Shown here one piece after another: positions 31,350 through 40,511 of a DNA stretch of 43,289 bases (its first letter is position 1; each line of letters begins with the position of its first letter). This DNA comes from Candidatus Cloacimonadota bacterium (GTDB lineage: Bacteria > Cloacimonadota > Cloacimonadia > Cloacimonadales > Cloacimonadaceae): assembly GCA_017995405.1 (NCBI GenBank), contig JAGOIY010000003.1:1-43289 (forward strand), written 5' to 3'. Under the pieces are notes generated by a model. That model was not told the origin of the DNA, made no database searches, and was given only the letters and a program-made list of their open reading frames with translations. The position numbers and the translations under genes are program-made.

Positions 31350-32138
31350 ATGCGCTACGAACCACTCAAAGATATCCTTGCTTCCCTGTTGAAGTGCTTT
31401 CCTCAGGCACGCTGCCTGCTCTTTGCTGCTCTGGACCTGCTGCTGCTGCGCCAAAGCTATGTTAAAGCCGCCATCAGGAATTACACTCCTCCTGAAACTG
31501 CTCCCCGCATGTACGATGCCGGTGCTGGTTATTGCCAATATAGCTGGTTTATGCTGCGTAACTGGCAACATTCCAAAGTCTTTGCCCTTGATCTCAAGGT
31601 GGATTACATCCGTGCTTTCTCTGCATGGCTAGATCCCCTAACCCGTGCGCGATTCTCATTTACTGAGGGCGACCTCCAATTCTATCAACCCAAAAACAGC
31701 TACGATATAATAACCGCCATCGACATCCTGGAACATATTCCCGACGATTTGGCCGTGTTGAGGAACTTCTACACATGCCTCAAACCCGGAGGGAAACTGA
31801 TTATCTCCACACCCTCGGACACCGACGAAGCAGCCAGATTCACTGCCGAGCATGTACGTCCAGGCTATGCCATGGAGGATTTGCGTGCCAAACTGGAAAG
31901 TGTGGGCTTTGAGATCATCGAGAACAGATACAGCTACGGATTCTGGGGAAGTCTCGCCTGGAAGCTCAGTATCCGCATACCACTCAATATGATAGGTAGG
32001 TCCAAGGTTTTCATGCTGGCGCTGCCTTTTTACTACCTCCCCATTCTCCCCCTTTCCCTATTGTTCAATAAGCTTGATACTCAAACGTTTAACCCCGTGG
32101 GAACGGGAATACTGATGGTGGCAGGGAAGGACCAGTAG
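31350..32138 (+). CDS. Class I SAM-dependent methyltransferase with a C-terminal membrane segment
   Basis: Motif I is MYDAGAGYCQYS, followed by ITAIDILEHIPDD and LKPGGKLIISTP. C-terminal hydrophobic stretches are FWGSLAWKLSIRIPL and VFMLALPFYYLPILPLSLLF. An AGGAGA SD site precedes the ATG. Confidence 0.7.
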   Translation: MRYEPLKDILASLLKCFPQARCLLFAALDLLLLRQSYVKAAIRNYTPPETAPRMYDAGAGYCQYSWFMLRNWQHSKVFALDLKVDYIRAFSAWLDPLTRARFSFTEGDLQFYQPKNSYDIITAIDILEHIPDDLAVLRNFYTCLKPGGKLIISTPSDTDEAARFTAEHVRPGYAMEDLRAKLESVGFEIIENRYSYGFWGSLAWKLSIRIPLNMIGRSKVFMLALPFYYLPILPLSLLFNKLDTQTFNPVGTGILMVAGKDQ

Positions 32139-32335
32139 AGATTCTGGGTTCTTGAGGATTGAAGGTTCTGCGTTGAAAAGTCACTTCCCATTATTCTTGT
32201 GGCGCATCAATCATAGATTTGAGCATGCATCTTGTGGGTATTGAGAACTATGAAAGGAAAACGAAAAAGCTATGGCTGATAAGTCTGCAACTCCACAATC
32301 TCTCCACTCCAGCTCAGGGTGTAACGGAAAGGAAC

Positions 32336-33355
32336 TCAGACCAGTTTAGTACCTTTAAGGCTGAAGGCGTTTACGTCTAGCCCGGAATACTGGCCAGCCA
32401 GCAACTTTGGAATGGCAGCGGCGGCCACCATGGCAGCATTGTCCATGCAGAGTTTGAGACCGGGATAATGGACCCGGATGCCGTATTTGGCAGCTTTGGC
32501 GCTTAACTGATCCCTGAGGGCGGAATTAGCTGCCACTCCACCCGCCAACAGGATGTCGGCGATCGCGTTTTCTCTGGCCCAGGCAAGGGATTTTTTGATG
32601 AGAGGTTCTATGATGGCTTGCTGGATGGATGCGGCCAGATCAGCTTTGTGGGTTTCCAACTCCTCAGGATCAAGTTGGCGGACGTGGTTCATAACAGCAG
32701 TCTTGGTGCCGCTGTAGCTGAAGTTATAGTTTCCTTTGCGGTCCAGGCCTCTGGGGAAGGTCACGAAGGCAGGATTCCCGTCTTTGGCCAGTTTATCTAT
32801 GATCGGTCCGCCGGGGAAGCCTAGTCCCATAATCTTTGCGCTCTTGTCGAAGGTCTCGCCAGCGGCATCGTCCACGGTTTTACCCACAATCTTGAAACTG
32901 AGCTGATCCTCAAAATGGACCAGTTCTGTATGGCCACCAGAAACCACCAAGGCCAGAAAGGGAGCTTTGATGAAGGGGTCCTGAATGAAATTTGAAAAAA
33001 CATGGGCTAGCATGTGGTTGACCGTGAGCAGTGGGATTTTTAGAGCCCAGGCGAAGCTCTTGGCGAAAGCGAGACCTACGATTAATGAGCCAATAAGACC
33101 CGGATTGATGGACACCGCCACGGCATCAATATCTGAATAGCTCAGTCCACTTTTTCTGAAGGCAGCCTCGGTGAGCCGCATAATATTGCGCATATGCAGC
33201 CTGGAAGCCAGCTCAGGTAATACACCTCCGAAGGCTTCATGCTCAGGCTGGGAGGATATCAGATTACACAGCACCTGGTAGCGGGTATCCACAATCGCCA
33301 CGGAAGTGTCGTCGCAGGAAGATTCAAAGGCCAGAATAAGCTTGGGATCTGTCAA
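32336..33355 (-). CDS. tsaD: tRNA N6-adenosine threonylcarbamoyltransferase
   Basis: Kae1/TsaD motifs present are ILAFESSCDDTSVAIV, NHMLAHV, LVVSGGHTEL and FPGGPIIDKLA. The TTG start overlaps the ybbR stop (TTGA). Confidence 0.85.
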   Translation of the reverse strand: MTDPKLILAFESSCDDTSVAIVDTRYQVLCNLISSQPEHEAFGGVLPELASRLHMRNIMRLTEAAFRKSGLSYSDIDAVAVSINPGLIGSLIVGLAFAKSFAWALKIPLLTVNHMLAHVFSNFIQDPFIKAPFLALVVSGGHTELVHFEDQLSFKIVGKTVDDAAGETFDKSAKIMGLGFPGGPIIDKLAKDGNPAFVTFPRGLDRKGNYNFSYSGTKTAVMNHVRQLDPEELETHKADLAASIQQAIIEPLIKKSLAWARENAIADILLAGGVAANSALRDQLSAKAAKYGIRVHYPGLKLCMDNAAMVAAAAIPKLLAGQYSGLDVNAFSLKGTKLV

Positions 33356-34224
33356 CGCAGGCGAACCCTGGAAGGAGTGAGGGTGTATTTGTCTATACCC
33401 TCAGGCAGCACTACGTCCAGTTCAATCCATCCATCAGCATCGGGGGTCTGGGTGGCTTTGATCACAAAGCTGTTGGGCCTCAGTGCATTAACCTGTTCTT
33501 GAGTTCCTTCCACCTTGAGCGTTACGATGGGAGGGAAGACAGTATTATCGCCCGCCTCCACTCTCAAGGCCTCAAACACGCGTGCCTCTATGCGTCTGGG
33601 GATCCTGGAAACATTAACCTTGGGAGTAGTGGAGCTGATCTGGCTGCTGCTGAATGACAGTGGAAGGTCAAATCTGTCCGCTCCCAGCATGGAGAGCGTG
33701 ATCGGGACGGTACTGATGGACTGAAGGTCCCGGATTACGCGACGGGGACCGTTGATCCTGATCTGATCGGGAGAAAGCAGATAATCCTGTTCCGCGTAGC
33801 GGGTTCGGGCGGCTTCGTTTTCGAAGGCGGGAACTACTTTGACGGATTTGTGGTGCAGTACGTCTGTCGTAACGCTGACATCGGATTCCAGGGCGGGTCC
33901 CAGGATTTCGATGGAGTTGTTTGCACTGAAGTCTCGGAGGCTGTAATTCTCCAGGGGTAGTTTATCCGAGCCGGGCTTCAATTCTGAGGCGTTCAGCACC
34001 ACTTTCACTCCCGAAAAACGCAGTTTCAGCAAGTCTGCCCCTGTTCCTTTCACTGAAAAAGGGACGTCTTTGGGCAAATCGGAGAGAGTGATCTCTGGGG
34101 AGACGTTGTCCAACACGACAGGGAGCCTCACGATGGTGTGATGTTCCGAGCTCAGAGCGATCTGGAGCCACACCAGCAGAGACAACACCAGGGATAATGC
34201 TTTGAGGCCCAGGTTTTTTCTCAC
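33352..34224 (-). CDS. YbbR-like domain protein (membrane-anchored)
   Basis: There is an N-terminal TM (LKALSLVLSLLVWLQIA), followed by repeated YbbR-type segments such as P..I.I.GPRRVIRDLQSISTVPITL. The start codon is GTG. Confidence 0.6.
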   Translation of the reverse strand: MRKNLGLKALSLVLSLLVWLQIALSSEHHTIVRLPVVLDNVSPEITLSDLPKDVPFSVKGTGADLLKLRFSGVKVVLNASELKPGSDKLPLENYSLRDFSANNSIEILGPALESDVSVTTDVLHHKSVKVVPAFENEAARTRYAEQDYLLSPDQIRINGPRRVIRDLQSISTVPITLSMLGADRFDLPLSFSSSQISSTTPKVNVSRIPRRIEARVFEALRVEAGDNTVFPPIVTLKVEGTQEQVNALRPNSFVIKATQTPDADGWIELDVVLPEGIDKYTLTPSRVRLR

Positions 34225-34228
34225 CTGA

Positions 34229-35641
34229 TCAGGATTCCTCGATGGGGACGATGCCCAGCTGTTTCATCTTTTTGTAGAGAGTGGTGCGTTCGATCCCGAT
34301 GGCGGCAGCGGTTTTGCTGACCTGCCAGGCGTTTTCATCCAGATAGTGGATGAGATATTCTCTTTCGAAGGCGGCGGTGCTTTCCCTAATGCTTGGAATC
34401 GTCAAAAACTTTTCCATCCCGGTGTTGCCACCGTTGCGCTGCTGGGATATCTTATTGCGGAGCTGCTGGAGGATTACTTTATTGGTGATCTCAGGCTCTT
34501 TGATTGTGATGGACTTGCAGAAGTTTTGCAGTTCCCTCACGTTTCCAGGCCAGTCGTATGAAAGCAGAATACCGCGGAGCTCGTTGAGGTCCAGCTTGTC
34601 GCTGATATTGAACCGGGAGGCGTAGTTTGTGAAGAAGTAACTGATCAGCAGCAAGATATCGTCTCCCCGTTTACGCAGAGGTGGAATCTCCACCACCGAG
34701 CCTTCGATACGGTAAAACAGGTCTGGACGGAACCGTTGGGGATCAGCCAGGACGTCAATTGATGCGTTTGATGCGAAGATCAGACGCGTGTTGACCTTTT
34801 TGAGGGGACCGCCCACCACTTGGATTTCCTTGTTCTCAATCGCCCTCAAAATCTTAGCCTGAGCTGGTAGAGAGAGATTGGTGACTTCGTCAAGGAACAA
34901 GACGCCCTCGGAGCATTCTTCAAAGAAGCCGGTGTTGTTACGGTCGGCGCTGGTGAAAGCGCCTTTAACGTGTCCAAAGAGCTCACTTTCGATGAGTGAT
35001 TCGGTGAGAGCGCTGCAGTTGACGGTGTGAAAGGCCTTTCCAAAGCGCTGGGAATTTATATAGAAGTAGTTTGCCGCCACTTCTTTACCTGTACCGGTCT
35101 CTCCAATCAGGAATACATCCTCGTCCACATCGGCCAGCTTGGAAAGCTGCTCTCTCACTTTGCGGATGGCCTCGCTTTCTCCGATAAAGGGGAAGCGGCG
35201 GGTGTATTGTTTTTTGAGGCTGATATACTCGATCTGGAGGCCGATATGCTCTTCTTCCTGTCGTTTGAGCGTGATGGCGTTGTCGATGTGGAGCAACAGC
35301 TGATTGGCACTGAAGTTAGAACCTTTTTCTATGAAATGGTAGGCTCCCAAATCTCGGATCTGGGTGATCTGAGAGGAGGTTACTTCTCCCGAGATCACAA
35401 TGATCTTGTAGTTGAGGTCCAGATTCTCTTTGAGATACTTCAACACCTGGATACCGTTCAGGCGGCTCCCCACGAGGAATACGTCCAGGAGAATGACGTC
35501 CGGAGCGAAGCTGCGGAGTTCTTCAAAGAAGGTGTCGCTGTTGGTGGCGTGCATTACGGAATAATCAAAACGCTTTAATACTTTGGAAATCTGTTCCGCG
35601 AGGACGACATCGTCTTCGAGAATGATCACTTTACCTTTCAT
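34229..35641 (-). CDS. Sigma54-dependent response regulator (NtrC-type enhancer-binding protein)
   Basis: The receiver domain has an acceptor Asp in PDVILLDVFL. The AAA+ domain has Walker A GETGTGKE and ESELFGHVKGAFTSA (a GAFTSA variant of GAFTGA). A C-terminal Fis-type HTH reads AAAIGIERTTLYKKMKQLGI. I prefer ATG 35641 with a GAGGA SD site. Confidence 0.85.
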   Translation of the reverse strand: MKGKVIILEDDVVLAEQISKVLKRFDYSVMHATNSDTFFEELRSFAPDVILLDVFLVGSRLNGIQVLKYLKENLDLNYKIIVISGEVTSSQITQIRDLGAYHFIEKGSNFSANQLLLHIDNAITLKRQEEEHIGLQIEYISLKKQYTRRFPFIGESEAIRKVREQLSKLADVDEDVFLIGETGTGKEVAANYFYINSQRFGKAFHTVNCSALTESLIESELFGHVKGAFTSADRNNTGFFEECSEGVLFLDEVTNLSLPAQAKILRAIENKEIQVVGGPLKKVNTRLIFASNASIDVLADPQRFRPDLFYRIEGSVVEIPPLRKRGDDILLLISYFFTNYASRFNISDKLDLNELRGILLSYDWPGNVRELQNFCKSITIKEPEITNKVILQQLRNKISQQRNGGNTGMEKFLTIPSIRESTAAFEREYLIHYLDENAWQVSKTAAAIGIERTTLYKKMKQLGIVPIEES

Positions 35642-35772
35642 CGGAATCCTCAAAAAAAGTGGGGCTAAACTCGCTCCTAAGCTGTGGTATCAGGGTGATA
35701 TAGCTGCGCGCAAAGTGGATACGAACCGGTAATACTTCACCGGCTATCAAAATTGCTAAGTCTCTCATGATC

Positions 35773-36966
35773 TCAGATGCGCTCTTCAAGGTCGGCTAAA
35801 GCATTGACATAGTAAATGTAAGCCTGGTCTGGAGAATCATAGGGTGAGAAGTATTTGTGCACGTCTCCATCCTGGAAGTATTTGGTGCACATATAATAGA
35901 AATGATCAGAGGTGCTCAGCATGCGAGCTGTCTTCAGCAGTTGGGGGTCGCCCTTGGTCTTTACTCTTTCCAGCAGCTCGTAGAAGGTCTCGATGGCGTT
36001 TTTCTGCATGTCGTTTTCCACCCAGGCGGAGAGATCTCGCTGTTCATCAGCCCAGGAAACGGCATCCGGGAAGCTGAGAGATTCCTGCTGGTAGTTTGCC
36101 AGGGCTTGAGTCTCGGCGGGAGTCACAAACCCGAGGTGAGGTCTCTTCAGTACTTCGCTGGGGAAGTGACGCATGAAGTCAAAGATGCCGGATTCGGCCC
36201 ATTGGTGTTCACCAAAGGTCTCATAGTCCATAAAGAGATTGAGAAAGAGGTTGCGGTCGCCTTTCTCCCCCAAAGTGAGATGATCGATCCAATTGACGAA
36301 TTTATCCACTGTGAGCGGATATTCTGGCCAGTCGCGGTTAGAAAAGCGGAAGGCGATATCATCCGACAGTTTGTAATACTTGAGCAGCAGGTTGATATCT
36401 TTGGAATAGTTTTTATACGCAAAGAGTGGGCTGCGCCACTGCAAAATGCGGTCCACGCCCTCAGTAATGATGGTGGTGAATCCTTCGATCTCATAGACGA
36501 GGTCTGAAATCCTGTCCTGATAGATGAGCTCGGTGTTTCTGAAAGTGCGGGGCTGCTGGCCAAACTCATCGATTATGAGCTGACGGTGCATCATTACCTG
36601 GTCCAAAAACTCGTTGGTATCATACAGCGCCGCGAGGCTGTGATAGTAGGTCTCACCCAAAAATTCCACGCAGCCTGTTTCGGCAAGGGCTTTGAAGGAA
36701 TCGAGCGTTTCGGGACTGTAGAGCTTGAACTGCTCAATGGCGGTGCCCGTGATGGAATAAGCGATTCGAAAGCGGCCCTCATTTTCTTTGATCAGGTCAA
36801 GGAGCAGCTGGTTGGTAGGCAGATAGCACTTATTCGACACTTTCCGCATAACCTCGGCGTTGAGGCGATCGTCAAACAGGTTGGTCCCGGTGCCGATATC
36901 GAGGACGTTCAGGTGTCTGAGGCGGTAAGGCTGATGGACCTGGAAATAGAAAACTACGTTTAACAT
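35773..36966 (-). CDS. Glycoside hydrolase family 57 protein (short alpha-amylase-like form)
   Basis: The N-terminus FYFQVHQPYRL contains the GH57 HQP motif. Other elements are GCVEFLGETYYH, the candidate nucleophile region FRNTELIY and the candidate acid/base region FMDYETFGEH. Confidence 0.8.
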   Translation of the reverse strand: MLNVVFYFQVHQPYRLRHLNVLDIGTGTNLFDDRLNAEVMRKVSNKCYLPTNQLLLDLIKENEGRFRIAYSITGTAIEQFKLYSPETLDSFKALAETGCVEFLGETYYHSLAALYDTNEFLDQVMMHRQLIIDEFGQQPRTFRNTELIYQDRISDLVYEIEGFTTIITEGVDRILQWRSPLFAYKNYSKDINLLLKYYKLSDDIAFRFSNRDWPEYPLTVDKFVNWIDHLTLGEKGDRNLFLNLFMDYETFGEHQWAESGIFDFMRHFPSEVLKRPHLGFVTPAETQALANYQQESLSFPDAVSWADEQRDLSAWVENDMQKNAIETFYELLERVKTKGDPQLLKTARMLSTSDHFYYMCTKYFQDGDVHKYFSPYDSPDQAYIYYVNALADLEERI

Positions 36967-36979
36967 CTATGCTCCTTGC

Positions 36980-38320
36980 TCAGGGATTGGATTTGAGGAA
37001 TTCGGAAAGTACCTGGGAGTAGATCATGCGGATCTTTTCAGCAGCTTCATTCCAGTGGATGCGGTTCACTTCCTTCATCCCGTCGATGCCCATTTTTTTG
37101 CAAATCTGGGGATTTTCGATCAGGTGGTTGATGGTGTCCGCCATCAGGTCCACATCCCAGTAATCAATTTTAAAGGCGTGGTTCACTACTTCGGCCACAC
37201 CGCTTTGCTTGGAAATGATGGATGTGATGCCAAAGGCCATGGCCTCCAGCGGGGAGATTCCAAAGGGCTCCGAAACGCTGGGCAGCACATAGATATCAAC
37301 CGCCCGCAGAATGGATTCCACCTGCTTGCGGTTCAGAAATCCGGTAAACAGGAAGCGGTTTTTCAGCTTCAGCTGAGCCGAGCGCCGCAGCAGTTTTCTG
37401 GCCATGTCTCCCGTGCCGGCCATGATAAAGCGCGCTTCGGGATGCACCTTCAGGACCCGTTCCGCCACGTCCAGATAATAATCCGGCCCTTTTTGAAGCG
37501 TGATTCGTCCCAGGAAAAGAACGGTCGGCCCCTTGAAAATTCGCTTCTTGGTATGCACCTGATTCTCTTCGATACTGAAGGCGTTGTGGACTATTCTTAT
37601 CTTGCCGGTGTCGATGCGGTAGCGAGACATGATCATCTGGGCGGTATATTGCGAAACGGCGATCACGCGGTCGGAATAGGTCATGCCGGCATGCTCGATT
37701 TTGTGGATGCGTTCGTCTCCGGGACCGCCTGCCCGGTCAAATTCTGTAGCATGGATATGGGAGATCAATGGTTTGCCGGAAATCTTTCGCGCTAGCATGC
37801 CAGAGGGGTAAGTAAGCCAGTCGTGAACGTGGATGAGGTTATAATCCAGCTCTCTTGCAAAGCGTTCAGCTCTCTGAGTATATTCCTGCACCTTCTTGAT
37901 CAGGTCTTCCTCACCGATCAGGTGAGTGGTCATATCGTCCCAGATATCGTGCTCTTCCTGAGAGACATGCTCGTTGATCAGATACTCGCTCTTGACTTTG
38001 GAGATAAAGTGGCGCATATCGCTAAGCTGAAAATAGGTTTCAGGCGTGGGAGTGATGCCGATATACTCCAAGCGCTCGGTGATGTCCTGGAAGCTCTTAG
38101 TGAGAAACTCGCTGTGGTGGACAGGGTCCATGAATACCGCCGGCATTTTGTCCACGTCTTCTTCTTCGCGCAGTGGAAAATAGACCATCTCCCGCGTGGG
38201 TAACACCAGGTCGATCTTGATTCCCAATGCCAACAAGGCTTTGACCATTCCATAGCAGGCCATGCCAAGCCCTCCTGAGATCAGGGGGGGGAATTCCCAG
38301 GTAAACATCAAAATCTTCAT
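36980..38320 (-). CDS. Retaining glycosyltransferase (GT4/GT5 glycogen-synthase-like)
   Basis: MKILMFTWEFPPLISGGLGMACYGMVKAL is a glycogen/starch-synthase-type N-terminus. The C-terminal GT-B motif is PSVSEPFGISPLEAMAFG. The ATG overlaps the upstream stop (ATGA). Confidence 0.75.
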   Translation of the reverse strand: MKILMFTWEFPPLISGGLGMACYGMVKALLALGIKIDLVLPTREMVYFPLREEEDVDKMPAVFMDPVHHSEFLTKSFQDITERLEYIGITPTPETYFQLSDMRHFISKVKSEYLINEHVSQEEHDIWDDMTTHLIGEEDLIKKVQEYTQRAERFARELDYNLIHVHDWLTYPSGMLARKISGKPLISHIHATEFDRAGGPGDERIHKIEHAGMTYSDRVIAVSQYTAQMIMSRYRIDTGKIRIVHNAFSIEENQVHTKKRIFKGPTVLFLGRITLQKGPDYYLDVAERVLKVHPEARFIMAGTGDMARKLLRRSAQLKLKNRFLFTGFLNRKQVESILRAVDIYVLPSVSEPFGISPLEAMAFGITSIISKQSGVAEVVNHAFKIDYWDVDLMADTINHLIENPQICKKMGIDGMKEVNRIHWNEAAEKIRMIYSQVLSEFLKSNP

Positions 38321-40353
38321 TTGGGTCCCTCCAGTTTGGCGATAAAGGACTCGATATTATAGAGGGCAGCCACGCTAATTGCCTGAGCAGGAGCGCCTTT
38401 GGGGAAATGAGGGTTGTCTCCGTCCCAAATCTCCGCCAGTGAGGCGATATGGCCTTTGCAAAAGCTGGTTCTGAAGGTGGCGATGTAGCCTCTGAGCTTG
38501 TCAGCGAGGGCTTGGTCATCGAGTTCGTCCCTCCAGACTTTCACGCCCAGACCGCAAAACGCGCCAAGCAGCCAGGCCCATACACTTCCGTTGTGGTAAG
38601 CAAGGTCTCGCTCTCGCTGAGAGCCATAGTATTTCTTGCGAAAACGGGTGTCTTTAGAGCTCAGGGTCCTGATTCCATAAGGCGTGAGCAGTTCCGCTTC
38701 GGCTTTGAGGAAAACGGCCTTCATGCGCTCTTTCGAAAGTGGGGTCCAGGGCAAAGACAGTGCCAGAATGGCATTGGGGCGGATTTCAAGGACGGGAGTA
38801 TCGCCTGTCAGCCTGTCTGCCAGATATTCTCCTGTCCAGAATTTTTCAAAAGACTTTAGCACCAGATCTTTGACCTCAGTAAGCAGTTCCAACGGATGAT
38901 ATGGAATTCCGGAAGCCTGCTGATAGGATTCACACATGGCCTCATAGCAGCACAAAGCATTATACCACAGTGCGTTGATCTCCACAGGAGCTCCGTCACG
39001 CGGGGTAACCGCTTTGCCATCCAGACGAACGTCCATCCAGGTGGCATGGGCAAATTCGCTCTTCAGACTGATCAGGCCGTCTTTTCTGATCTCAAAGGGA
39101 TACTGATAGTTGTTCAGGATGGATTTGAGGATTTCCTCACAGAGATGAATCACCTCTTTCCAGTAGCCCACGTTTTGTTTGCGTTTACCCAGTTTCCATA
39201 GCAGAATTATGTACCAAAGGGTGGCGTCAATGGAGTCGTAATTGAGTTCGCGTCCCGATTCGGGAAGCATATTGGGGATCAGACCACCGCTGAGGTGACG
39301 GCTGTATTTGCGCAGCACCTTTTCCACCTGGTCCACACAGTTGGGAGCGTGCAGGAGAGCGTTGAGCACGATCATCGTGTCTCTGCCCCAGGCACCGTAC
39401 CAGGGGTAGCCGGCCACGATATCGTCGTTAGCCTGAAAATCTCTGAGCGCGAATTCCAGCAGCTTGAGATATCCGTCTCTTTTAAACAGGATGTTGTCGT
39501 TGTAGTCCAGTGAGGAGATCAGGGTGTGGTCCGTGTCCGGCTTCGAGGGCCAGTCCGCGGGTTGAGGAAGCTGAGCATAGCGTTTTTCTATTCTGGAGCA
39601 CATGGCGCGGGGGTCGTCCACCAGAGCGTCTGAAAAGAGAATGTGGTTGCTCTGGCCCGGCTTGAGAGTGAAACGCAGCTCATACAGGCTGATCTGGTCT
39701 CCGATGCCTGGATATCCAACCATCACTTCCCAAGGGTAGTATACATTGTAATAGACATAGCGGTTGGGCTCCACCTGTCCCAGCAGGCTGTGACAGAATA
39801 CTTCGGCACCGTTATTGACTCTGCGGGCCTGGAAAGCGCAGCCATCCTCGCCGTTGCTCTCAGAAGTGGCAAACTCCTCAAAATCAAGGCTTCCGGGCTG
39901 GTTTAACTCGTGATGCAAGGCCATAGTGAGCTTGGGGTGCAGATGAAAGTGGAGGGTATGGTGCCCCAGATTGCTGTATTTGACAAGGGTGGTATTGCTG
40001 GTCTCGTCCATCATCAGCTCTTTGAGGATGAGGATGTCATCCTGATGGGGGAGGGCTGAATACAGAAAAGCGGGATAAGGACGCAGCCAGGGTTTTACCA
40101 GATACAAAAAGCCCTCGGGATAGATGCAGTTGCTGTAGTTGTTGCTATCCAGGTGGATGATTTCCCCGCGCCATTCCACTTTTTCCTCAATCCCGGCTAC
40201 CAGATGCCTGCGTTGAAATTTGGCATCACTGGCTACCAGGAGACCGTGGTACTTGCGCTGGTTGATCAGATTGCCCGTCCCGAGCGCGTAAGCGCCTCTG
40301 CGGTTGGTAAGGATCCATTCGTGATGATGGGTCTCCATGAAGTAATTATTCAT
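38317..40353 (-). CDS. Amylo-alpha-1,6-glucosidase / glycogen debranching enzyme family protein
   Basis: The N-terminal domain is GDE-type (EWILTNRRGAYALGTGNLINQRKYHGLLV). The C-terminal (alpha/alpha)6 region contains GYPWYGAWGRDTMI and YHNGSVWAWLLG. I prefer ATG 40353 with an AGGGGG SD site over GTG 40437. Confidence 0.8.
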   Translation of the reverse strand: MNNYFMETHHHEWILTNRRGAYALGTGNLINQRKYHGLLVASDAKFQRRHLVAGIEEKVEWRGEIIHLDSNNYSNCIYPEGFLYLVKPWLRPYPAFLYSALPHQDDILILKELMMDETSNTTLVKYSNLGHHTLHFHLHPKLTMALHHELNQPGSLDFEEFATSESNGEDGCAFQARRVNNGAEVFCHSLLGQVEPNRYVYYNVYYPWEVMVGYPGIGDQISLYELRFTLKPGQSNHILFSDALVDDPRAMCSRIEKRYAQLPQPADWPSKPDTDHTLISSLDYNDNILFKRDGYLKLLEFALRDFQANDDIVAGYPWYGAWGRDTMIVLNALLHAPNCVDQVEKVLRKYSRHLSGGLIPNMLPESGRELNYDSIDATLWYIILLWKLGKRKQNVGYWKEVIHLCEEILKSILNNYQYPFEIRKDGLISLKSEFAHATWMDVRLDGKAVTPRDGAPVEINALWYNALCCYEAMCESYQQASGIPYHPLELLTEVKDLVLKSFEKFWTGEYLADRLTGDTPVLEIRPNAILALSLPWTPLSKERMKAVFLKAEAELLTPYGIRTLSSKDTRFRKKYYGSQRERDLAYHNGSVWAWLLGAFCGLGVKVWRDELDDQALADKLRGYIATFRTSFCKGHIASLAEIWDGDNPHFPKGAPAQAISVAALYNIESFIAKLEGPK

Positions 40354-40511
40354 TGAACCCCCTAGTTCAATAGCTGCTTTTCTAATGTGTTGATTTTTTT
40401 CTATTCCCGCAATCTCGTCAAGTCTTTTTTCCCTCACATAAGGCTTCCAGGCCTACTCGCTTGTGATGCTGTCACATAGAACTCCGAGACAAGTGCTTGA
40501 GAAAAAGCAAC

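Noticed and set aside
40354-40511. A sigma54 (-24/-12) promoter in front of the alpha-glucan operon that would link it to the adjacent enhancer-binding protein.
   Set aside because: The minus strand has only TGGAAGCCTTATGTG, which lacks the conserved GG-N10-GC with TTGC. A TTGACG hexamer is present but has no clean -10 element. A PWM scan is needed before making any claim.
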